DNA from: Antedon mediterranea
Taxonomy: Eukaryota; Animalia; Echinodermata
Direction of reading: 5' to 3'
Length of the DNA: 64,000 bases
Assembly (NCBI RefSeq): GCF_964355755.1
Contig: NC_092676.1
Coordinates: forward strand, 3,201,888-3,265,887
Below, piece after piece: positions 53,011 through 64,000 of this stretch. A program made the position numbers and the translations under genes. Numbering within the stretch: position 1 is the first letter of the stretch; each line of letters opens with the position of its first letter. Below the pieces are notes generated by a model. That model did no database searches and was not told where the DNA came from. It was given only the letters and a program-made list of their open reading frames with translations.

Positions 53011-56000
53011 ATGTCCAGGGATGGACCAGCTCAACTCTTTGTAGGTCGTTTGGGTAAATCTACAAGATACAGGGATGTCGAAGAGGTTTTTGGATCTTAT
53101 GGAAGAATGATGCGTTGTGATATTAAATACGGTAAGAGTCCGACTGTTTTCCAGGCATTCGGTTATGATATTTTATTATTATATAATACAGTTAATAGTT
53201 CCCCTAGCTAGCTAGCTAGCTAGCTGCTGCCTCTTTTTTAGTCTAGTGCATTGTTAGTTACTAAAGTTTTTGCTAGCAAGCCTATTTATGGGCCAATAAT
53301 ATACACTGTGCATGATAATATAGTGTTCTTGTGTATGTGAAATAAATTAGGAAAATTTGATTATGAAAATCATTTTTTGCAATTTTTGTTTTGTTTTATG
53401 TATTCTTGGGACAAGGCACTGCCATGGGTAAGTATTTTTTGTTCATTATTTGTATTTGATTCTCTAATTACTTCACAGCCTGAGTTTAAAGAATCTAGGC
53501 CTGGGCTGAACAAGTTTGTTAAATTATTTCCATTTGGGAATTCCCCATACATTACGAAACCCAATACTATGTACCTCATGAAATCTCCATTATTTATATT
53601 GGGAATTAAGACATCTTGTACATTGGGAATTCCCATACCTTGGGAATTCCCATACCTTGGGAAACCTAGACATTTTGGAATTCCCCATACACTGGAAAAC
53701 CCTGCTGCATTGAAATCCTGCAGGATTCCCCATACAATGGGAAATCCAGGAAATTGGGAATCCCCCATACATTTGAAAACTCTGTACACTGGGATCTTGC
53801 AGGATTCCCCACACGTTTGGAAACCCAGGAAATTGGGAATCCCCCATACATTGGAAAACCCTGTAAATTGGGATCCTGCAGGATTCCCCATACATTGGGA
53901 AACCCAGGACATCAAGGATCAATTGGGTAATTTTTCTGTACCTTGCATGGAGTAAAATATCTTAGTACTGTATCTCAAAATAAGTTATTATCAAATTTAT
54001 GATTTTGAATGTATACAAATTTTATCTTTTAAACAGCGTATGCATTTATTGATTACGAGGACCGCCGTGATGCCGAGGTTAGTAGGCTGCTTTTTATTAT
54101 AATATAAGTATATCACAATGAATGTTTCATTAATCTAAAAGCATAACTCAGTTGAAAAGGTAATTGTAAATGAAAAATATTTCTTGTCATTACCCACTAA
54201 AGCTCTGTCTACACTATCAAAATGTGATGTGCCCATATGGACATGATGATGTCATATCACTACCATATTTGAGCATATCAATACCATATTTGGGCACATC
54301 ACATATTTTTTGTCAAACTGGTTTGATAGTGTAGACAAAGCTTAACAAAACATTTGTACACTGTTTGGCTCACAGTGTAATTGATGTGGTGTGGTGTTGT
54401 AAAAAGTGGACCTATTCTTATGTAAGTAATACGTCTCAGAACTGTATCAGTAGTCAAAATTCAATTAAATATATTATTAGTCATTTTGTGAATCAGTTTA
54501 GTAAGTACACTAGTAGCTTTAATAACATATTTTTAATTTATAAATGGTTTTAATTTGTGCAGAAAGAACAAAAGACGTGAAAGAGAGAGAATATGTTTTC
54601 CCAAAGAAATCGAAGTATTGAGTCCCTTTATCTACCGCCCTCAACGACACACCGCATATCGTAGGCTACTGCAATGAAACCCTTACAACCAAAATGACGT
54701 GCAGTGAAGTGCGTTCGCCCCTTTCACTACCGCCCTCAACGACAGAATAACCTACTGCAATGAAATGACGTGCAGTTTCTTCTTCTACCTAGACAGAATT
54801 GAAATTATACCATAATGTATATGACGGCCGCAGGATGTGCACAGGGAGGTTTATAAAAATAATGCATCCAAAACAAACTATACTTTCATTTAATTAATTT
54901 TCTATAAAAATTTGGTAAACTTTTTTTGTGGAGGTATTTTAAAATAAAACAAGAATCGATAGATGCAACTGTTCAAGATTGTCAAAATGATGACATTTTC
55001 CATTACAATTAAACTAATAACTAATTAAATTGTAAGTTCAATTTAATTATTAAATATAACAAACATGTATATTTTCTTTTTAAGGATGCTCTGAGACATG
55101 AAAATGGCCGTGAAATTGGAGGACAACGAATTGTGGTTGAATTTGCATATGGACCGAAGCGTGGTTATGTTAGTTGATGTGTTTTTATAGTTAAATTAAA
55201 TATTTTCGCAATTTTAAAATGTTCTGGCATTGTTTGAGAAGTATTAAATTCACAATTTTTAAACCATAAGCTCTATATCGTACACTATCTAACTAGTTTC
55301 ATTTCATTTTCATTTAATTTATTCATTTAGCATCCATTCAACAATACATTTAAAATACATAACAAAGAAAAAATACAAACAATCGGAATATTAAAATTGA
55401 ATAAAACCAAAGTGAATTGATGCAAGGACGACCCATAAAATCGACATGTCAATTTATTTCCAATGGGGTCCATTGACAAAAAAAGTGTGATGTGCCCAGA
55501 TATGGTGGTGATATGCCCAAATGTGGTAGTGGTATGACATCATCACATCTATTTGGTCACATAAAGTTTGATAGTGTAGACAGAGCTTAAACTAAATGCG
55601 TCATTGTCTTGTACTCTATAGGCAGACGATGAGTGCTACAAATGCGGTCGTTTCGGTCATTTTGCCAGAGACTGCCGTGACCCAAGATCCCGTGGTAATT
55701 ATGATATTTATTTTATGATATTTATTTTATTTTATTTCACATGCATCCAACAGCGATCGCCAATTACAGGATGCATTAAATACTCAAATATAAATACAAA
55801 AGTTTAAATTATATATCTTTACATATTCGAAAGGCAATACTTATCATAATTCTGTATTTGTTTCCTTTCCTAGACTATGGGAGCAAATACCAAATGACAT
55901 AAAAGATTCACAAACAATTTCAATATTTAAGGCTGCTCTAACAAAACACTATATTTCATGTTATGTATAGTTTATTTGTATTTTTCTTGTATATGGTTTT

Positions 56001-57173
56001 GTCTGAACTGTTTATATTGTATGGAGTGAGTGCAGAATCTGTTTGGGCTTTAGCCTGTTCTCATTCCTGGTTATTTTTACATTGATGACCAAATAAATAA
56101 TATTATTATTATATATATTACTCATCCATATTTGCACTGAAAATATATTATTAATAACAGTAATAAAATAATAATATAATTTAATAGTTAAATCTGCATT
56201 ATATACAGAACACATACAACTGATGACATTTATCATAAGCAATTGTAATTTCCATAAAACTGTTTTTATGATTTTGGAATAACAAAAGAATGATTATTTT
56301 TCAGATCAGCGTGATAGGTCAAGGTAAGAATTTGTGTTTTTTATGCAAATTTTATGCAAATTATGATATACCTACTGTATCTGCTGTGTTAAGCTCTGTT
56401 TACACTATCAAACTAGTATGGTAGTGATATTCCCATATATATATAGTATCCATAAAGTTTGATAATGTAGACAGAGCTTATGGGAGGACAGACAAAGGGA
56501 TAGGTTCACTGAAAAGACACATTGACATTACTACAGTGTTAAAGAGAATTTCGCCGTAAGTGTATAATATTAGAGATATATAAATAAATAAATTTTCACC
56601 AGCCGGTTTAGAATTTCTTCTATGCCCATAATTTTAATAATAATTAATAATTATATATATTATTATTATATTCATTATTTTACAAATTATATTGTTTAAT
56701 ATTATTAACATTGTACAGTAGTAGTTGAAAGCTCTTACAATTCTTTCATAAAAATTCAATTAAAATTATTACTATACAGCCAGTCTGTCAAATTTCTGTT
56801 TTCGAAAGCTTGTATTTGATCTCAAATTGTTTAAAACTGCCAATTTCTCAACATAATTCACAGAGATGGTTATGGTTATGAACGAAACAGAAGAAGATCC
56901 TACAGAAGCCGGAGCAGAAGTTACGAACGTCGCCGCCATCGTAGCCGCAGTCGCAGCCGCCGTAGAAACGTAGATCACAGAGAGCGTAGACATAAACATA
57001 GTCTGAGCAAATCCAGAAGTAGAAGCCCTGTATCTAGACGAAGAAAAAGTCGTAGTCGTTCTAATTCCAGCAGCCGATCACGCAACGACAGCCGGAGCGG
57101 AAGTCGAAGCAGCAGCTCACAACACGACAGTAAAAGAAGGTACAGTAACGACAGTCAAAGTGACAGTGAATAG
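53011..57173 (+). CDS. SRSF7: Serine/arginine-rich splicing factor, SRSF7-like (RRM, CCHC zinc knuckle, RS domain), ~219 aa
   Basis: Exons 53011-53131, 53416-53427, 54037-54077, 55085-55168, 55622-55694, 56305-56323 and 56864-57173 join in phase (660 nt). RNP2 LFVGRL, RNP1 AYAFIDY, EDRRDAEDA, CYKCGRFGHFARDC and an RS-rich last exon. The symbol reflects domain architecture; orthology is unverified. Confidence 0.88.
53533..53910. repeat. Intronic minisatellite rich in GGGAATTCCCCATAC
   Basis: About 10 or more imperfect copies of gg(g)a(a)ttccccatacattggaaaaccc. Confidence 0.85.
54201..54342. mobile_element. MITE family A
   Basis: TAA|AGCTCTGTCTACACTATCAAA ... TTTGATAGTGTAGACAAAGCT|TAA. Confidence 0.85.
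55269..55587. mobile_element. MITE family A interrupted by a ~175-bp insertion
   Basis: Left TIR at 55269, foreign sequence at ~55298-55472, remainder running to the right TIR. Confidence 0.65.
55874..56110 (+). mobile_element. 3' end fragment of a LINE (CR1/L2-like)
   Basis: Encodes LWEQIPNDIKDSQTISIFKAALTKHY*, typical of the ORF2 C-terminus, followed by a UTR ending gaccaaataaa and (tat)n. Confidence 0.65.
56392..56478. mobile_element. MITE family A, short deletion derivative
   Basis: TIRs retained, interior reduced. Confidence 0.75.
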
Positions 57174-58609
57174 AGTCGTATTTTTACAAATTATTAAAAT
57201 CTGTGTACGATCAAATTTATGACAGAGTTTTGTTTTGCATTTTCATATCAAAATAGCTAAAATGTGTTTTTGTTGTAGTTTTATAGATTTTAAAAACATA
57301 ATTTTAATTAGAATTTTAAGGATTTAATCTATTTAATATTATACATAGTTTGATAAAGTTTTAGTTAGTTTATACATTACAATGACATGAGAAATATCAA
57401 TACTCCAAGTTGTAGTGTTTGTTGTATGAGGTCAAAGGTTATCTAGCCTAAATATAGATATAGTGATAAATACATTTCATTAAGAATTAAGTCCATTTTG
57501 AGGATTGTCATTTTTATTTTTTTGTATTTTGATTAAGCCTCTGTATACTTTTGCCTCTAATGGTACAACTTTATCAGATGAGGTCAAAGTTCATATTATT
57601 TACTTATGTTTATTCATAGCTTACAGCAATTATGCAAATTACCGAATAGCATCATAAGTATATATGTAAATTACTAACCAGCTAAAGAAAATCTTAAGCC
57701 TAAATTATTATTATTATGTAAATATATAATATATTTATAATTTTTTAAAATATGCTTACAGTATTTAAATTTAATTGTACCATTCCACTAAAATAATAAT
57801 AATAAAAAAACCAACTTTATTTTACATTTGTATACATATATAATTTTGCACCAACCTAGAGGTGGCCATAATAGTATTGTAAAAAAGGAAGTAGTGCAAA
57901 CTTACCTGGATAAAATGTGTCATGCCCTCTCTCTCCTAATGAGTCGCCATAATCTAGTGTTGTATACATTCCTAAAGTGTTAATCACAAACATAATATTC
58001 CAATGCCTCCATTTTGTAAGTTATGGTATAGTTTATACTATCTATCAGTATTATGTTACATAATTGCTATTGCCAACTTACCTGGATAAAACAGAATATG
58101 CCATTCGCTTATATTCGAGTACATTCGTGAATCAGCAATCTATGAATGTTCTTGTTTCAATTTCTTCATTCTGTTTGGGGAATTGTGCATTACTCTGTAT
58201 AAACGAAAGTATTATTTAATGTACTGTATTATAACAATTGTATAATACCAAATAGGTGATTGATGGATATAAGTTTTGCAAATTTAAAAGTATTTTAATT
58301 AGTACATAAACAACTTACTTTAGTCCAGACTATAGCTGATAGCAGTGATTATGACAAACGTTCATTACTTAGTTGTTGATACTCCCTGTTTTTATTAACA
58401 GTAGGCAGACATTTTAATTTTATACTGTTTGTACATTAGCAAACTTTGGAAACCTTTCTTGACAAACTATAATTGTATAATACCAAATAGGTGATTGATG
58501 GATATAATTATTGCTAATTTAAAAGTATTTTAATTAGTACATAAACAACTTACTTTAGTCCAGACTATAGCCGATAGCAGTGATTATGACAACCGTTCAT
58601 TACTTAGTT

Positions 58610-59340
58610 GTTACATTAGCAAACTTTAGAAACCTTTCTTGACAAACTCTGAGTTTGTTCGAGTTTACAAAAATGCAGACTAGGCTTCAAGTTTGCTAGA
58701 GTAGACTTGTGCAAACTTGTTTTTCTTTGACTTTGACTTTTGACAAACTCGGAGAAGTTTGCTCGAGTTTTCAAACTAAAGTTTGCTAGTTGTTGCTAGT
58801 ATAGAAATTTAAAAACATGTTTTCAACAGTTTGCCGAAGTTTTCAACTGGCTACTATCAAAATTTGGAGAACTTTTATTGACAAACTCAGAGAAGTTGCA
58901 GAATTTTCCAATTCAGAAGAGTTTGCTCGAGTTTTTAAACTAAAGTTTGGTAGTATAGACTTCTGCAAACTTGTTTTCTGTAGTTTTCCGAAATTTGTCA
59001 ACTGGTCTACATTAGCAAACTTTGGCAAACATTTCTTGACAAACTGGGAGTTTTCAATCAAAAGTTTGTGAACTCGGAGAAGTTTGCTGAGTTTTTAAAC
59101 TAAAGTTTGGTAGTATAGACTTCTGCAATCTTGTTTTCTGTAGTTTTCCGAAATTTGTCAACTGGTCTACATTAGCAAACTTTGGAAACATTTCTTGACA
59201 AACTGGGAGTTTTCAATCAAAAGTTTGCCAACTCGGAGAAGTTTGCTGAGTTTTCCAACTAAAGTTTGCTAGTGTAGAAATCTTCAAATGTTTTCTACAG
59301 TTTACCGAAGTTTGTCACACTAGCAAACTTTTAAAAACTA
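58610..59340. repeat. Tandem ~160-175-bp repeat with internal inverted motifs (tctacattagcaaacttt / aaagtttgctagtgtaga)
   Basis: About 4 units; 58920-59080 is nearly identical to 59081-59240. Confidence 0.8.
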
Positions 59341-59729
59341 GTGGGTGTCTACTTTAAATTAAAAAAATAACACAAATTTTAAGTTGTGTGGAGTAATGGA
59401 AAGAATGAGTACGACACATCAATGAACAATTTCAATTTTGAGTGCAATTATAATGTTGACCCAGACAGCTTTACAAAACAATGCGCATTTTAATATTTAT
59501 CGCATTACGCAATATACGCCCATCAAGTGTTAATAGCTTTTAGTCGATGTTAGACTTTAAAACAAATCTATATAAACATTGTATATTTAATGGTAATAAT
59601 ACACAGATTGTATCGTTTTCAACAAAATAAAACAAGTAAAACTTGGTCAAAATCTGTAGCAGTTTTGTTATTGTCTTATAGAACCTAAAAGGGATCACTT
59701 ATTTTCAGAAGATAACTACTACTGTCCCT

Positions 59730-60410
59730 TATGCTTGGTTCCCACTACGACGCAACGCAAAAACGTAAGCGCAACGCAAGTTATTTGATAATTTGTATTT
59801 AATGGTGTGTGTTCAACAAACTTGTCATTAGACAACGGCTCTATTTGTTCAGGGATGCACTCGACCATTACGTGTTATAGCTTCCCACTAGAACGCAACG
59901 TAGTGACGTATTGACGCAAGGTGATGTATTGCGTAATCACAAGTGGGAACCGACGACGCAAAAGTGCTGCAAAAATCGCAGGTTTGATTTCACGCAGGCG
60001 GGGAAAAACACAATTATTGGAAGGGCATTTTGTTACGTTACGTCGGTTGCGTTACGTTGCGTCGCTAGTGGGAACCAAGCTTAAATGTGCACCAAATATA
60101 AAGACACAAAACAATACGATGACAAGTTAATTAATTAATAATTGTGTTAATCACATTAAACATTGTTAAGATTTGTTCCCACTGGTACGCAACGCAATGA
60201 CCTAAGCGCAGCGTAATAATCAAAAGCGCAACGCAAGCAAGTTGACCAATCACAAGCGACAGAGTCTGAATAATCCATCGCTTGTGATTTGTCAAATTAC
60301 TTTTGCGCGTCCTAATCAACTAATCCCGAAACGATGGATGATACATCGCGTCGTAATTGGTTGGTAAAACTGCTTACGTCATTGCGTTTCGTCTTAGTGG
60401 AAACCAAGAT
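59730..60410. mobile_element. Cluster of MITE family B copies
   Basis: gcttggttcccacta at ~59733, ctagtgggaaccaagct at ~60065-60081 and a further copy at ~60170-60410. Confidence 0.7.
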
Positions 60411-60650
60411 TTACCATAGAATAGAACATCAAATGTTATTATATTAGAATAATTTCCTACGTAATTTATTATTTTAATCAAGAAAACAGAAATATAAATA
60501 GAAATGTGTATAGTATTATAAAATAATAATGACGTAAATAATAGTAGTTGTGTTCACAGTGCAGAGAAACATAAACTCATCACAAATTAAGTGTTAGATA
60601 TTGTCATTCCGTTATCACTTATCTCTAGTGTGAAATGTATCCACAGCTCC

Positions 60651-63600
60651 TTATAATAAAAGCAAACTGTACAGGCCTAAACATATGAGCACTGTCCAGG
60701 TAGTAATAAATGATGACGTCATAGCACTGTTGCATTCATGTGGTGAGCTGGTTCCCTCATACGTAATAGTTATCCTAGACTCTAGTCCAGTCGTAATCGG
60801 TGATTTATTGCCAATATAATCGATCATGATGTCCATATCAAGTCGACCTGAAATGTAAAAATAAATGTATACTGGTGGTCACATCACACACGTAACCTTT
60901 TCGTTGATAAAGTTATTTATAATTTCTTTGATATTATCAATGTGATGTATATTCTCTTTCGTCATCAAAACACCTGCTATACATCACCCAATATAAATTA
61001 CAGAATTATTCAAACCTTTTGTTTGGCTCAGCTTAGTTTCTTTAATGACGTCAAAACCACCACCGCCACCTGCTATGTAACTGTTGGTAATTATACTGTA
61101 CACCTCTTCTGTATTTAACTGAACGTAAGCTGGTTCTGTACATCGTGAACAGCGCACTTGCACGTCAGTAATGCGCTCACCGGGACTTCTAGTGACGTCA
61201 TACGCTACACGTATACCTTTTATAGAAATAGACATAAGTATAACGCTTACAGTAACACATTTTTAGCAAGTATATTCTATGTTGTACTTTACTTAATGAG
61301 AATATTTAAAAATGGAAGCGAAATATTACGAAGAACGACCAGAACACCCGATTCTGCAGCTGTCTCTAGTAGGTAAATCTTAACTGACTATTGACAGTCA
61401 ACTGTCTCTCATCTAGATGACTGCCAATGGTCAGTTAACGTCTATCGAGTGACCAGAATATATTGTGACTCGGGAATTGGTTGCAAGCAAGGCAGATGTG
61501 TTGCTACTGGATGTTCCTATTACTTCCTTCAAGCCTTCTCTTCGTGATATTTAACGTAACGTAACTACATTACGGGTGACGTCAGAGTCACCTATTTTAA
61601 GAATTTTACCTGAAACTTGTAGAAAGTCACCACTTCCTGTCTGGTTATTATGTTCAATAACAGAATGTTCCAACGTCTGCAGTAGATGCTTTCCCTTTAA
61701 CTCTATAACATCAATGGTATTGCCGTATGGGAACGTTGAACGTATATTTGCAACTGTGACTTGACCTGATGAATGGAAAATGGAAGTACAAAAAACGACA
61801 ACATCAATCTGATGATAGCCTACTCTAACGATATCGTACTAACCAGGTTTAGTGACAGTTGTAATAACCAAGTTTAATAATCATGACAGACATCGTACTA
61901 TGCAGATTGGAATTTCTATTTACTATTTAATTATAACAGGTTTTAATCAGAATCGTACTACTATAACCAGGTTTAACGATTCTTACCTTTCTAACCCGTT
62001 TTAAGGATACTGTAGTTATCGAACAGTTTAATTCATAGAAAAGTAATTGTATTACTAACCAGGTTTTATGATAGTTATCGCCGTAACCAGGTTTAATACT
62101 ATAGTTATCATACTAACCAGGTTTAACGATTATTATCGTTCTAGCCAGTTTTAATGATAAGTGTAATACTAACCCGGTTTAATTGAGCTCTGAATACTTC
62201 CAGCAGTCGTCATTGCTATGCTAGCGTTACTCCATGTTTCTTGGTTGGGAGTTTTTAAGAAATCTGCTACCATAGCGTCTGTTATTAAGTTTCCATAACT
62301 GCATTCTCTTACTTTACATGCGTCTGCTTCAAGCGTTACAAAACTTTGACCAATGACGTCTTCGCTGACTTCAGTTACCTTCTTCGCCCAGATACTAACT
62401 TCTGACGCAATTGTGGGATCTGTGATGAAACATGCGTCAATGTAAACAAGTACTTTCCTTATGTTTCTATGCCACAAAATGAGTCAAATTTGGTACGACC
62501 TTCATTCATGTGGAGTTTGTTGCTTTTTATGATATAATAATTGTATACTGAACGCGCGATTGATATTCTTTCTTTTTAAATACTAATAGCTAAAAATAAA
62601 ACAACAACTTCTGCTTCACAAAACGTTTATTAAGAACTTACCAGGTTGAACAATGTGATCTAGCAAAATAGGATTGCCCGTGTACGCTTTTACGTCACCT
62701 TCTTCTGAAAACGTCACATCCAGTCGACCAAGATATTTTCCGTAAGCGTACGCAGAGACGACTAGAACCGTCCTGGTGGTATCGTAATCAGGGCGCACGG
62801 TTATTGGATAGACATCAAATGGTGTTTCGGAAGATGGTGGTGGTGAACCTGTAAAAGAATGACTGACAACCAGAAGATCCTGTGGATGGGTTTGATAGGA
62901 ATGGTTACTTCAAAGCTCATCTTGGTATTATGATATGGGGCGCCATACGCAGCAAAGATGCTATGCTAAAATACAAGTGTAACATTAGAATTGAATAAAA
63001 TAACAATCAATTATACTGTATGTTTGAAGAAATTAGACGTGTGTTTAAAATTTACACATGTATTTAAGCATGATACTTTTGTTGCGTTTGGCGCCCCGTA
63101 GCAGATTGACCCGGCCGTTTATTAACCTGTGTAGAGAAACGTATTTGTATGTCCACCGATGACGACATCAAGTCCTGTAACTCGATTAGCTATATCCAGA
63201 TCTACTTCAATTCCCGAGTGCCCCACTGCCACTATTATGGTGACGTTACTGGCCAGCAGACGATTAACTTCACTTTGAACTGCGTCAACTTCATCCTCAA
63301 AAGTTAGTTTTCCTTAAAATTTTAGTGATAGTATATATTATTATTATTAGAGTTTCTGATATTTTGTTTCATTTTCTGCAAGGTTTATGTTTGGCAATAG
63401 GCCTACAAATAAAGAATGTTTACTTTTTAAGTTTGCAAAATACGAAAAAAAAACTTTGTTCAATCTATCTCGAACATTCTGCTCGAACAAATTAAAGACT
63501 TATGGACAAACAGAAAGTATAATCATTAAAGTATTGTTGTTTCTAAACTTCGTTTAAAAACAATAGTATGTATTATTATCATAACCTTTCATCATGATAA

Positions 63601-63994
63601 GTAATGCAGTTCTATTTATAGGCAGAGTATTTCCCGCCAAAATAATGTAGGCCTACAAGAATTTCTTCAGTATAAGTCTATGGCGAGCCTTCGAAGCCTT
63701 TAAAAATGAAGTGTTTTGGAACAATACATTATGCAAATTACTCATAGCAATAAAATATGTACACATAATCAATATATTACCTGTTTTACTGAAGTCGGGT
63801 GTGGTAGACAAGGTGTATCCAATTATCCCCATTTTAGTGCCTTCCACCAACAGAATAACACTTTTGCTGATCTTCTGTTGAAATTTGACTTCGTCATCGG
63901 CGTTTATGTTCGAACTGAGAATAGGGAATGTGACGTTTTCAAGGAATGGTAACAATCCGCTGATACCATCATCAAACTCATGATTACCCAAACT
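60651..63994 (-). CDS. NT5E: Ecto-5'-nucleotidase (CD73/apyrase family), 5'-partial, predicted GPI-anchored
   Basis: Exons 63781-63994, 63127-63312, 62642-62848, 62174-62419, 61610-61765, 61016-61216 and 60651-60847 join in phase. Motifs LGNHEFDDG, VGHSG, GGHTNTFLY, YGKYLG, GNPILLD, ECSYGNLITDAM, FLQVSG and a hydrophobic C-terminus. Earlier exons lie beyond the window. Confidence 0.93.
61830..62185. repeat. ~29-bp degenerate minisatellite abutting an NT5E donor site
   Basis: Repeated tatcgtactaaccaggtttaa, about 10-12 copies. Confidence 0.75.
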
Positions 63995-64000
63995 CTACGA

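Noticed and set aside
53370-53955. Overlapping 110-192-aa ORFs on both strands
   Set aside because: They arise from a stop-poor minisatellite inside the SR gene intron.

Overview
AT-rich eukaryotic (invertebrate metazoan) genomic DNA; the taxon cannot be fixed from sequence alone. Bases 1-3520 are a ~186-bp satellite array. Four intron-containing genes were reconstructed by hand with consistent GT-AG phases: an OATP/SLCO transporter (minus, 10 exons, ~1050 aa, with a ~450-aa extra C-terminal tail), BLTP3/UHRF1BP1-like (minus, 20 exons, ~1599 aa), an SRSF7-like RRM-zinc knuckle-RS protein (plus, 7 exons including a 12-nt microexon, head-to-head with BLTP3), and the 3' part of a GPI-anchored 5'-nucleotidase (minus) with substituted substrate-binding residues. 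Introns and intergenic DNA hold many MITEs (Harbinger-, Kolobok-, P-, piggyBac- and Tc1/pogo-like), a nested 3.6-kb Academ-like element, a 1.1-kb foldback element, tRNA-derived SINEs and an RTE-like LINE fragment. The most unusual signals are pervasive TA[GGCC]TA and TA[CWG]TA micro-insertions that look like excision footprints, minisatellites built from exon-intron donor junctions, a candidate LINE-derived poison exon in the SR gene, the motif-rich OATP tail and the remodelled nucleotidase pocket. Coordinates were read by eye and may be off by a few bases for repeats.
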